From: Octopus vulgaris
Lineage: Eukaryota
Reading direction: 5' to 3'
Assembly (NCBI GenBank): GCA_951406725.2
Contig: OX597830.1
Span: 248,001-312,000, forward strand
DNA length: 64,000 nt
Shown here: positions 41,355-53,878 of the stretch, one piece after another
Layout of the letters: each line of letters opens with the position of its first letter
Numbering within the stretch: position 1 is the stretch's first letter
Made by a program: the position numbers and the translations under genes
Notes under the pieces: model-generated
Seen by the model: only the letters and a program-made list of their open reading frames with translations
Told to the model about the DNA's origin: nothing
The model's database searches: none

Positions 41355-42584
41355 CCAAAGTAAAACTAAGTAGGTAGTTAGCTTCTATTGGTTGAAAATG
41401 TCAGGAAAAACCGTTAAACTCATTTGATTGGTTAATATGAAAAGGAAGCAAAAAAAAAAAAATGAGACCAGAAGAAAAGCATGAAAATAAATGGGAAAAG
41501 CAAAGAATAACTAATAGCACGATGTTATTCTTTAGGACTTGACAATTCGATTGAAGTTTAAAGTTTGAAGGTGATTCTAATAATAAATGGGTTACGAAAA
41601 TATTTTTAACCGTTCTTCAGGCTGTTGGTGCTTTCAGCTTAGGTAAACCGAAATAACTTCAGTCCAAACATGAAGGTTTTTGTATGAATTGCTTTATATT
41701 TTCGTTTCCTTTCTTTTCTACTCTTGCTGATTTCAATGGAGCAGATGATAGTTGCTACAGGAAAACAAATACATGAATATGGATGATTAAGACGACCAGA
41801 AGAGAGCTATAGGTTTCCAAGCTGATAGCAACGAGCACCCAATAGAGACAAGGTCATGAGTTCTTGTTTCCATTCAACCAGCATGCATTTTCTATTGTCA
41901 AACATTTTAACCCTCCACTTCTGGCTTTCGGGGTAATTTTACCAATGAATTCCTTGTTCCGACATGATTTCTTTTTTGTTTGACGTATCAACCACTCTGG
42001 TCGATAAAGCGCTAGATAATTGGGAACTCATTCGATGCAAGGTGTCCAAAGAAGTGACAATGCTAGTTGTTTGAGGAGAAAAACAAAAAAAAACGCCACC
42101 AGTAACTTAATAACACTATGCAGGTGCAACAACTACGAAACTAGTTCCTAACACATTATGTGAAAACAAAGAGTATTCGTATCTATAGACAAGTAAATTT
42201 ATTTTCTTAAATTATCTCCTTTTGTGGATTTCTAATGATTGCCGATAGGTTTTATCTCTTCGTAAGATCGAATGTCAATGAATTGTAAGGCTTTGCGTAC
42301 ATCATCACCTTGCATAAAGAGACCACTTCAGTGAATTTTCTTTGTTAAAATAATTGTTTCAAAGAGTCAAGTTTTGGTTGGTCAAAACACCCCGTTCCAC
42401 TTTTTCTAAGTATAAAAATGTAACGTTGACTCCGACGTTTATTAATGCCAAGCCATATCCGCATATATCCACCCCTGCCTTAGGTTAGATTCATCTATAA
42501 ACATAAATTCTTAATTTTTCGGAATTGCCTTCCTTTTCTTTGAGCGTTGATAGCAACTTCGACCGATACTTAGGATTCTTTCCC

Positions 42585-43215
42585 CATTTCGATACCTGCT
42601 TCTCTTCGCTTTCAATCAAGGCTTCAAAGCTGTCAAAGATGCTAGAGATATTTGCACTACGAACAGAGAAAGCACCATTACTGACAGAACTGCTCAGAAA
42701 TGGTCTTCCCACTTCGAAGAGTGTAAATTCGCACTCGTAGTACATTGAGAATTGAATGAACAATCTCACCTTCTATGATCTGTGTCAGTCGAAAGGAATC
42801 GGAACAGCAGATGAGACGCTCTCATAAGTCACCCCTCACTTTCACTCGGCGCGTAAGGTCTAAAAGCAATAAATGGGTGCCACACGTTCTAAACGCAAGA
42901 GACAAATTCCAGCACTCCTTTATTCTTTGTCGCCACTAGTTTGCTCGTCCAACACCAAGCCCCTCGTAGACAGACGTGCACACACACAGATACACACGCA
43001 CTTTTTTTTATCACATCAAAACCGGCGCTGAAAAGGGTTTCTTTAACTTCAATAATGAGCAAAAGAAAGAATAGCTGAGTTCCGACAAGCAAGCAACAAA
43101 TGGAACCAAGTCAGAATTACTATTACGCAACGTGATGTGTGTTTGGTAGGATTCCGAAGAGCAATATATATGTTCAACTTCTTGCCTTGGGCGAGCCCAT
43201 AGCAATATCATATCT
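42585..43215 (+). mobile_element. Degenerate mariner transposase (not in ORF track)
   Basis: HFRYLLLFAFNQGFKAVKDARDIC...TAQKW (HTH), KWVPHVLN, HIKTGAEK (decayed TGDEKW), CVW*DSE. Confidence 0.8.
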
Positions 43216-43569
43216 TCTCCACTATTTCAGTATTACGTGTTAAAAGTGAAACAAAAACATTTCTCTGTTTTATGTCAGATACTTTCACTTTAACAATAAA
43301 AATTAGAGATGATAATAACAATTGAATTATACGTAGTAAGTAATAATTAAAATCAAACTAAAGTATAATATAATCGTAACATAACAAAAGTAAAAATAGT
43401 AATTGGTATAAAATTGCATCAATGACTTGAACTTGAAAAAGTGGTTTCACATGAATGGGAATAAATTAAAAATAAAATTAGTGTGCCGAAATGGAATAGT
43501 CCAGATGGAGCCGTGCACATTTACCACGGCTTTTACATTAGATTATCTGCTAATTAGCTAGCATTAAGT

Positions 43570-44400
43570 ATCTATATGAAGTTTGGCTGTATGTAATGTC
43601 TGTTTTCTCGAACAGCCGCTTCTACTGAGTACTGCTGTTGGTTTATTTCTTATACATAAAGGACTATAGCTTCAACTGCGTACTGCTTTTTGATTTACCG
43701 TAAGGTTTGTTATTATAATTACTGTTTAACTATTGTTATCACGTTTGTTGGTTCCTCGTAAGGGAAACGTTGTTGTGTTGCATTTGTTAAATAATTGTAA
43801 ACTGTAACCCTCCCCCTTTGGGAGAAGGATCTTTGGTTATTGTTTAAAAATTGAATTGTGTCCCTGTTTGGGGAAATTGACAATATTTTCACCGTTTACA
43901 CGGAAGCATTTTTGTTAGAATGCCTTCGATAGAAGAAAGTCCAAAAATGAATTTCGCTGTAACCGTCGGCGGGCGCGAACTCATTAAAATTAAAAGGGAA
44001 GAAATACAAACCTATTTCGGATTGATCACCGACAAAGATGGTGAATCTAGGATAACACCACCAAACGAAATAAAAAATTAAATTAAAGAAAAGACTATTG
44101 TCTATAAAGTAAACAATGTAGAGAAAAAATAGATTTGAACACCTGGAGGAAAGCACCATCGAAAAGTGTCTTGGTGCGACTATGAAAGATATTCGCCACA
44201 ATAGAAGCAAGGTTCGAGTCAACGGAGCGTGCAAAGTGGAAATATTTTATTTTTACCTTCATATCTGGGACGTAGGATGTCCCGGATAAAAATTAAAAAT
44301 GCACCCCCGGAAGTAGAGGTAGGCTGGATTGTAGCCATACTTCTACACAAGAGGAAGGACAAGATACAATTGATCGAAATTGCAAGAGACGGGCCTACAA
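43570..44400 (+). pseudogene. Tx1-clade 5' UTR plus degenerate ORF1 N-terminus
   Basis: NRFEHLEESTIEKCL and LFLPSYLGRRMSRIKIKNAPPEVEVGWIVAILLHKRKDKIQLIEI match RRFKHFEKSTIEKCL and LFPSYRGRRSSRVRIVEAPPDVDPVEVVAALLYKRADKIKILEV of the element at 48428-53862. Confidence 0.8.
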
Positions 44401-44793
44401 TTCCAGTCTGTTATATATTTTGAGTATTGTTATCACTAGCGATATCAAGATATAACTTTGTATTTTGTATTTTATGTGTAGATGTATATATATAGATGCA
44501 CATGTAATACATACACATATATACATGCACTAGCACTATGACCCGGCAACGACGAGTCATGATGCTAGTATATATATAAAAAGATATTAAACTATATGAA
44601 ACGAAGGCATTTCCCTTCCACTTTTTATATTTTTCCCCACATATTTTCCCCACATAATTTTGCCACGTGGTGTATACTGAATCTTTACACCTTGTATATA
44701 TACATATATCACGTGACCGACCAGCTATCAGTTGTTGAGCTTCGCATTGTTTTAGCTCTCAAATGACGCCACCCTGCTGGCTAAGCGAGCAGG

Positions 44794-44853
<60 letters not shown>

Positions 44854-45001
44854 TGAGAAAGTTAGTGTGTGAAAGCACGTGGTTGGATATATAAAAAATA
44901 GATAAGAGTGAAAAAACTACAGAAGGCTTGTTTTATAAGGCTAAAGAATATATTTAAGTCGTTATGTTAGAAAAATGTTTCTAAATATACATAAAATCAT
45001 T

Positions 45002-45514
45002 AAAAGCTACAAATAACCTAAATCACTTAAAAAGATTCTCACAAAGGCAAAATTGTTTTCTGAAATTACGGATGCAAAAGTAAAAAAATGTGGTAGACCA
45101 AACTGCGCAACATGCCCAAACCTTCTAGAAGGATCAGAATTCCGTTTCAAAGAGGGACAAAAATTCAAGATCACATCTAATTTTACTTGTGCTTCTGAAA
45201 ACATAATTTATGTCATAAGATGCTCGGGCTGCCACCAAAACTACGTAGGGTCCACGGGATTATCACTCAGACGCAGATGCACTCTGCATCGACAACAGAT
45301 TGCATTCCCAGAATACAGAATGATACCCTTTAGTGAGCATATTGAGAAATGTGCAAAGCAACTACTACCAAATTTTTTAATCTTTCCATTCTATCAATGT
45401 GCTATTGGAACACCAACACAAATTAGATTAAACAAGGAAACATTCTTCATTGAAAAATATAAGCCTGAACTTAACCATCCTAACATCCTTATACAGAGAA
45501 ACTCATCTCATTAA
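45002..45514 (+). CDS. GIY-YIG endonuclease domain of a Penelope-like element (5'-truncated, open frame)
   Basis: CGRPNCATC zinc-finger-like linker; FTCASENIIYVIRCSGCHQNYVGST; RRRCTLH; RLNKETFFIEKYKPELN. Confidence 0.85.
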
Positions 45515-45628
45515 AAAAAAGCGATTATCTCCCCTATATCGGAAGAAATCCGTTATTACCTCCCCCTGCCTGGAACTCTACTTTGCACTCCATAACGAAG
45601 ACATGACACGATGTAGGTAAAGACATTT

Positions 45629-45667
45629 GAGAAATTTGAAAAGTTTACACGAAACCGGTTATTTCTC
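45629..45667 (+). ncRNA. Minimal type I hammerhead, U3:A8 core variant
   Basis: Stem I GAGAAAU/AUUUCUC; UUGAAAA; stem II GU-UUAC-AC; GAAA; palindromic stem III ACCGGU; GUU triplet; lies in the pLTR just after the GIY-YIG ORF. Confidence 0.7.
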
Positions 45668-45815
45668 CAAAAACTATGTTACTATACACAACATTTTTCT
45701 AACATAACGACTTAAATATATTCTTTAACCTTATAAAACAAGCCTTCTGTAGTTTTCACTCTTTTCTATTATATATATATAAACAAAGGTGACACCAGAA
45801 GAAACAAAATGTTAT

Positions 45816-45901
45816 AAGGAATTACAGCTGTTTCTGCTATAAGATGTAGTGCACTCTTAGTTTAGTACCAGGATAACATACCATAGCTTCATCAGAGCCT
45901 T
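45816..45901 (-). ncRNA. Type I hammerhead motif with extended stem II (stem I degenerate)
   Basis: Minus strand: AAGGCU-CUGAUGA-A-GCUAU...AUAGC-A-GAAACAGCUGUA-AUUCCUU; palindromic ACAGCUGU stem III. Confidence 0.6.
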
Positions 45902-46841
45902 CAATGTGAAGCACACTTTATTGCGGGGGGGGGGTGGAGAAACTATATGCTGTATTGCTTAATAAAATTGATTATTTCAACTTCTCGACGAAATAAAACC
46001 GAATAAATGGTGCAAGTTTATTAATTCTAGTCATTTTTTACATGACTATATTAACTTGTAACAGTTTTTAATAAAACAATTAAGGGTTCGTCGATGAGTA
46101 ACTAAAGAATGACGAATTTCTGGTTTATGATTGTGTTTTACACTAAGTATATACTTATCAAACATTTCGCATATGACTTTTGTGGACATATTTATTGAAA
46201 GCCATGTCAAATGCGAATTGTGTGTGTGTATACATGTGCTTCGTGTGCGAGTATGTAGCTCAGTGTATGTATATATATAATCAGCTTGAAACTGTCTACT
46301 GTCAACCCTTGAATATTAATATCAAGCTGACAGCATCAATGTTTCCACAATGAAACCGTAATCAACTGTTCAATAGCATTGAAGTGAAACATTAATAGAA
46401 ATTAATTTAATTATTAGGCATTATCTAATGTCTACCTTCAGCTACCATTATTTCAATTTCTCCTGTCAGTTGGAGTTGGACATTCAAGATCAGCAGTTAA
46501 GTTTATTCATAGAATACACGTTACCATGTCATTTATATCACACATCAAATCGACAGTTTCAAAGACCTTGATAAATAACTTTTTTTATTTTTAAATCCAT
46601 AGAAACCGATTCCATAATTTCTGAACAAAAAAGTAAGTAGGCATTGTCAGAAGGTGAGTAGATCCGGTCTAAAAGTATTTCAATCTCCAAACATCATATG
46701 ACATATATGACTGCTTATATCCTGGGTGTTTGGGTATATACGAAAAATACTTCTATAGATATACATATAACAATACATATACCAATATATATATATATAC
46801 GTTGCTCCCGCATGGCCGCAATAAAAATGACTGAAACAAGG

Positions 46842-46916
<75 letters not shown>

Positions 46917-47716
46917 TAAAGATTAGAGACAACTATTCTCTGTATAGAACATATTTCGTAGCGTTCAAGCGATTTGAATTTTTTCAGGTAGAAGAGTGAA
47001 TGTAAGAACGAGTAAGAACTAGATGCAGGAACAACTATTCACATTCTGCCACTTGACATATGTCTTAAAGCAAAAGCAGGACTTGAACTATTACATTGTT
47101 TTCGACACTCATACACTATTCTACATAGTTGAGTCCTGTCTCTGTTTTGGACTGAAAGCCTACGATAAATTTCGGCCATTGAAATACATTCCAATTTGAG
47201 AAATCGGATCACTAAGCACTGTATTTCTTTGGTTCACACTGCAGGCGGAGCGGCCATATTTACTCTGTAACACAAGAAAGAAAACTAGATTGACCAAGAG
47301 CAAACCTCGCTTACGTAGCCACAGTAGTATCTCCCCCTAGCAAGCGAGCGCTGAAGGTAGAGTAGCCAAACCAAAATTTTTCAGTTGCTACGAAGATATT
47401 CGATAATGTAATATAGATTGAAACTGTCTGTAATATGAAGTGCTGGGGATGTATGGAATGTCTATGCGCAACGACGGCCACACGATCGGGGTTGAAACGG
47501 AGAATCTGACAGAAAATTTACTCTCCAATTCAAGACCGTATGGCTGCTATTCTAAAATCACTGTTTAAAGGAAAACAGGTTTTAGTTATATTGTGTCTAC
47601 GATACGGTAACTGACTGAATTAGAAAAGAAATAGAAAACACACAGCATCAGAAAACTGTTAACATATCTATACATAGAACTCTTATAATCTTTATACACA
47701 AATACACATCCACACA

Positions 47717-48053
<337 letters not shown>

Positions 48054-48427
48054 ACTCTTTACTCTTTTACTTGTTTCAGTCATTTGACTGCGGCCATGCT
48101 GGAGCACCGCCTTTAATCGAGCAACTCGACCCCGGGACTTATTCTTTTGTAAGCCTAGTACTTATTCTATCGGTCTCTTTTTTGCCGAACCGCTAAGTGA
48201 CGGGGACGTAAACACACCAGCATCAGTTGTCAAGCAATGCTAGGGGGACAAACACAGACACACAAATACACATACATACATATATACGACAGGCTTCTTT
48301 CAGTTTCCGTCTACCAAATCCACTCACAAGGCATTGATCGGCCCGGGGCTCTAGCAGAATATACTTGCCCAAAATGCCACGCAGTGGGACTGAACCGGGA
48401 ACCATGTGGCTGGTTAGCAAGCTACTT
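48054..48427 (-). mobile_element. tRNA-derived SINE, body and 3' part (split by Tx1 insertions)
   Basis: B-box-like GGTTCAGTCCC; CR1-type tail GGCGGTGCTCCAGCATGGCCGCAGTCAAATGACTGAAAC plus (AAGAGTA)n; continues at 56057-56094. Confidence 0.93.
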
Positions 48428-48655
48428 TATTTCATATAATTTGCCATTTAGGCATTTACAAAGAGGGGACAAACAAGGACAGACAAATATAAAGGGTGAA
48501 GTAGCTTAACACAGTTACAATTTTCGAATGAAATTACGGATAAGATTATAAACAATGAATTTTACGAAGGCAATGTTTAAAAATATTAATGATCATGTCG
48601 AAGGACGGACACCCAGCCATCCGGGTAGAACCTTTACTTTCTGATCCGGTCACAC

Positions 48656-51600
48656 TTACCTGGTGCCAAACATACCCATCTTGTATGCCACAGGCTTCCA
48701 TCTTTTCACAAACATATCTCGTGACAGACACCTCTTCTCCAGCCTGATTTTGCTACTGAGGTGGTAACTAAAAAAGTTAATCAACCCCTGGCCGGAGACA
48801 AAGGTGCCTGTCATTATACCTTTCGTACGCGTCTTCCATACTGTTTCTTTCAGTATGGCTACTACACAGAAAAAACAAGCCTTTCTTTCCCTGTTAAGGA
48901 AAGGGGGCGGCACAATCTCGATGATAGACTCAGCTGATAGCTGTACTCTTCCCATCACTGACAACAGTTGTTCTACAAAAGCTATCAGTCCCGATAACTC
49001 CGGACACTCCACGAATGCGTGCAAGACGGTCTCCCTATCCTGCTCACATCGCGGGCATGTCGGCGAGACGGCACTACCGTGCCTTGACAGCTTGTCGCGA
49101 ACAGGTAAAGCCGCACGGAAACACTGCCAGGCTAAGGATTTCTGGTAATTATCCAGATACCCCGGCCCGAACGTCCTCCGGAACAGGTTGATCAACTGAT
49201 TTTCATCGTAGCCCAGGGTCTCCCCCAAGGCGTCTTCGGACTTAATCTCCACTAACCCGCTATAGAAATCCGTGGTGGAACTCCTGTTGCCGGCGTTGCC
49301 CACCCGAGATAGTAGCTGGAGCGCCTGACGGCACTCCAAATGCCATTCACTCAGTTTAGGTCTCCGCTTGATCCATGCACCGATGTCCGTTAGGGATGTT
49401 AACTGGGGAAGGTAGAACCGGACGTGCGGCGACCACACCTGCTCTCCATCCAGGTAAGGCCAGAGGTGCCTCAACCTTAACGCGAGTTTTCGCATCCTCA
49501 GCCAAGGCATCCCTAGCCCACCCTTTAGCGGTTTCTGGCAGCAGACAGAGCGCTTTACAAGTGGCTTTCCTCCTTTCCACAAAAATCGGAAAAGGATTCT
49601 CTCCAACTTGTTCAGCCACAAATCGGGGCAAGGCACCACGGTCAGACGGTAGGTGATTACTGATGCTATAAACATCTGCACCACCTCCGCCTTCCCTAGA
49701 AGGGATAACGCCCGCCCAGACCAGGTCTGGGTTAGAGCGGTCACCTTATTGGCCACCTCACTCCAATTTTTCTCAATCTGGAGGTCTGGCCCGAACCAGA
49801 CTCCGAGCAGCTTAACAGGACCTTCCGTCCAACGCCCTACGACGTTATTGGACGGCATCGGCTTGCCCCTCCTGGTGCCGAGTTGCAAACCGACCGACTT
49901 GTCCTTGTTAACCTTTGCTCCTGCACCGCCTCGTAGCTTTTTATGGCCTCTTCCACCACTGGAAGCTGGCCTTCGTCTGCCACGATGATGGAGGTGTCAT
50001 CCGCATATGCCGTAGCTCCTCTTCCACACCATAGATCATGCGGCGCGCCCCCTAGTGCCTCCAACTTCCGCAGCAAAGGCTCAAGAGCCAATACATATAG
50101 GAGCGAGGACAGGGGACACCCTTGACGAACTGAACGCTCGATCCTGAACGGCTTCGAAAAGGAACCGTTCACCTTGACTACAGACTCGATGTCGCTATAC
50201 AAAGCAGCGATCCAACCTCGAAAGGTCGGGCCTAGGCCAGCCTCTCCGAGGACCGCCGCCAGGTACCGATGGTCGACCCTATCAAATGCTTTGGACTGGT
50301 CTAAATGTACCAGTGCTCCCCCTGCGCCAGAAAGCTTCCCCACCCTCTCTAAGGAGTAGCGTATAAGGTGGAGATTGTCGTGGATCGTTCTGCCGGGGAT
50401 AGCGCACGTTTGCGCTTCCCCGACAAGTTTGTCCACGACCCGCGCCAACCTTTTTGCTAGCACCTTGGCCAGAATCTTTAACTCTGTGTTTAACAGAGTT
50501 ATGGGCCTGAAGTTCCCTATCTCGTCCCCCTTGTTCGGGTCCTTCCTGATCAAGGTCACCGCCCCCCGGCTCGCAGACTTGGGAATTCTCCCATTCTGCT
50601 GCCAGTTGGCGTAGACGCTAGCCAGCAGGTGCCCGAACAAGTTTGGCATACTTCTATAAAATTCATAGGGCAGACCATCGAGACCCGGCGACTTCTCCCC
50701 GGGGCACTTGCCCAACACCTCGATTACTTCCTCGGCTGTGATTGGCCCTTCACAGTACTCAGCCTCTCGTGTCGAGAGGCGCGGGCCACCAGACAGGAAG
50801 TCCCTAAGGGCCTCACCATGATCCAGCGTCCCGCACCTCCCGAACAACTCGGCGAAGTGCTTGTGGAGTGCCTCACACATCTCGTCCCGCTTCTTGATCG
50901 TGCATCCGTTTTCATCAACAAGAGACCCAATTGTGGCATCGTTTCCACGCTGTGTTTCTATCGTACGGGCCCATCCGGCAACATTAATTCCCTCACGGCC
51001 CAATGCTCGTACTTTAGCCCGGACTCTACATCCCTCATGTTTGGTTTTGAGGTGACGGTCTAATGCCGTTCTCGCCGCTAAAATGTGAGATGCAGAGCCC
51101 AACCTCAACGCCTCCTCTAAGTTCTTAACTAGTTGCCCTTCTATTCTAGCCCTATCTAGTCTTAGTTGTTTACTAAATCTAATGGACTCGAATCGAATGG
51201 CTCTTTTGAGGGTGAACCACCACCGGTTATTAACCACGGCTCCGGTTAACGCCCTCTGCACTAACACCTTAATCCGGATACGGTATGCCTCGCGTGTCAA
51301 AATAGACTTGTTCAGCTTCCAGTAGCCGGTTCCTATCTTAAGTGTGCTATCTATGTCCAGTCTACACGTGACCATTCTATGGTCAGTATAGGGCACCTGG
51401 ACGAGCTGTGGACAACTAAAACTAGACTTATCTCTAGTTCTTATCACTATCCTGTCTAGATAAGACTTGAACCTTCCGTCGCCACTCATCCAGGTCCACT
51501 CTGGGACGTTCGGATGGTCAAGTCTGTAACGATCTGCTAGCTGAAACCGCTTAAGCAGATCCACGAGACGTGAGTTCACTTTCCTATAGATCGAGCCAAC

Positions 51601-52056
51601 GCTATCGATGTGTACGTCAACGATAGCATTAAAGTCCCCTAATATCACTAAAGTCTTCGACGTCACGAGAAAGCCCTCTAGGCGCCGATAAAAATCAGTT
51701 TGGAAACCTCTAGCACAAGGTGCATAGAGTCCGATCAACCTGAAGGCCTTACTGCTGTATGTCACATCAAGGACGACCAGCCCACCTTCTGGGTCTACAT
51801 AGACTGTACTTGTCTGTAGAGCCAAGTCTTTACGGATCAGTACCACTACGCCCCCTCGCCCTCCGGTCTGGCCAGGAGACATGATTTTCTCGTAGCCATT
51901 CAGGAGAGGCGAGAAGGTTTGTAGGCTGTCCAGCTTGGTCTCTGTAGCAACCATCACATGTATATCATGTGATCTGAGGTCGTCGAGGAAACAAGCCTGC
52001 TTCCATTTCGAACTCAGACCACGCACATTTAAACAACCAAGGTTAAGCGAAGCCAT
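48656..52056 (-). CDS. Tx1 ORF2: APE endonuclease plus reverse transcriptase (one frameshift near 49925)
   Basis: LNVRGL, GDFN, SYLDRIV, TDH (APE); KSPGLDGL, NFRPITLLNTELKILAK, LDQSKAFDRV, VRQGCPLS, AYADD (RT); CPRC..ETVLHAFVEC. Confidence 0.93.
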
Positions 52057-52072
52057 TACAAAAGTAAAGGTT

Positions 52073-53473
52073 CTACTTACATTTCGTTGGAGAGGTGGGG
52101 GCCGACCTCACCACACGTTTGTGGGTCCCTTCTTTCTCCTCTTTCTTCAGATAGTCCGGCAAGTTCGCGATATGCCGGATGGCGTTTGGGTGTCTGTCTT
52201 TTAATTGTTTGAACGTTGTTTCCGCAATCCACGCGTGTCTATTTCGATCTTTGTATTTGTTGTACAGTCTTGCTGACTGATGCTGAACCACAATATCGTT
52301 TATGTATTTGTCTTGTGTGTCGAATTCAATTAATATGAGTTCATTTTCTTTTTTGTCTTCTTTTTCTGGGCCAGTTGAGCGGGATTTTTTTTCCGTGTCT
52401 GTGGTGTGTCTTTGTTTTTATTATTTTTTGTAGGGGATGTGGACGGGGATGCTGCACGAATTCTTTTACGAACTGGTGTAAATCCCCCCTCTGATACCTC
52501 CATGGTATCGTCTGTGGTAGCAATAGTTTGTTCGGTAGGCGCCGCAGTTTTTAGGGGGTGGGAGGTTTTAATAGTGTAGGGGTTTGTGAGTGCGAGGGCT
52601 GGGTTTTTTCTTCAGTCTGTTTTGGGGTTGGCACCGTAACAGCAGGAGTGGGATTTTTTGTTTTTGTAGGGGTAGGTGTGTTTGCAAGGGTAGGGACTTT
52701 TTTATTATCTGAGGGGCCTGGTGTCTGCGGTTTCTTTTGCTTGTCTGGACAGTCTACACGAATGTGGCCCTTTTTGCTGCAGGCGTAACAGGTGGGTTTT
52801 CGGCCTTCGACCTGTACCCTGAGGGCTACGTTCTCGCCCACGAGCACCCTCTCAGGAAGGAGCTGCAGGTCCTCCGCTGTTCCTTGAATTAATATATTAA
52901 TGTTACGCCCGAGCCAAAATCGAGGGGTAGAGCATGTTACTTCTAGTATTTTTATTTTGTCCGCCCTTTTATATAACAGGGCGGCCACTACCTCTACCGG
53001 ATCTACGTCCGGCGGGGCTTCTACAATCCTGACCCGGGACGACCTGCGTCCCCTATAGCTTGGAAAAAGTACCACCTCCTTGGTTTTTAGGGGGTTCACA
53101 GAATGCCCGCGGGCCATTTCTTCCCCGAGAAGCGGACATCCACAGTGCCATATGCCCGTCCCCTGGCGACGTACACGATGTTCTTCCAAATCGGGGACAG
53201 GCATTTCTCGATGGTGCTTTTTTCAAAGTGTTTGAACCTTCTGCTTTGTGGACAGAAAGTTTTAAACACTACGGTCCGCTTCTCGGTCTCCACGATACTG
53301 ACGGAGGGTGATATTTTAACATCACCACCCTCCTCTTGCATTCTTTTAAATAGCTCGACGAGCTGGTTGACATCGATGTCAATCTTCTCGGTAGCCACTG
53401 CGGCTACCTCAGAAAATTTTTTAACATTGCTCTCCTCAAGAGCACTACTTTCGTGAATAATTTCAACAGACAT
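52073..53473 (-). CDS. Tx1 ORF1 (gag-like, CCHC zinc knuckle), broken by homopolymer frameshifts
   Basis: MSVEIIHESS...RGRAYGTVDVRF / EEMARGHSVNP...VEGRKPTCYACSKKGHIRVDC, P/T-rich linker; ends at 52073, just before the ORF2 ATG. Confidence 0.85.
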
Positions 53474-53878
53474 TATTCTGTTGAAATTAGACAACACAAA
53501 AATTACGAATATTGGTTTCCCACAAAACTGGGAAACCTATAGAAAGTTTTTCTTCCAAAGTAGTTCAAAAAAGCAGTTCAAAAATTCCAATTCCCACCCC
53601 CATTCGGGGGAGGGGCACGAAAATAGTCTGGCAGGACTATATATAGTCACGTAAATAAAAAGCCACAGTGGCTAACAGTTCAACGGTAAGAAATTATTCA
53701 ATTATTTCCCGGTAAAACCGGAGAACAAGACAGTTCAGCAACGTTTAAAGGCAAATTTTCAGTAGTAGGAATTCAACAATTAACAACACAGCAAAACTCT
53801 TACCGGGAAGAAAACGCGTCCAAACCATAGTACGGTAGGCAAAGTCACTCTTCTGTCAGTGAGGTTAGCAAGCTACTT

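Larger units (their letters stand above)
44851..45775 (+). mobile_element. 5'-truncated Neptune-like Penelope element with inverted pLTR segment at its 5' end
   Basis: GIY-YIG ORF; ~90-bp inverted repeat at about 44890-44979 / 45690-45770; (TA)n flanks. Confidence 0.88.
48428..53862 (-). mobile_element. Full-length Tx1-clade (L1 group) non-LTR retrotransposon, ~5.4 kb
   Basis: 5' UTR, ORF1 with CCHC, ORF2 with APE-RT-C-terminal cysteine motif, short 3' UTR with AATAAA; flanked by GGTTAGCAAGCTACTT direct repeats. Confidence 0.95.

Noticed and set aside
43553-43568. TAATTAGCTAGC upstream of the Tx1 relic as a decayed copy of the SINE target site
   Set aside because: Only a partial match, with no SINE head upstream; not distinguishable from chance.
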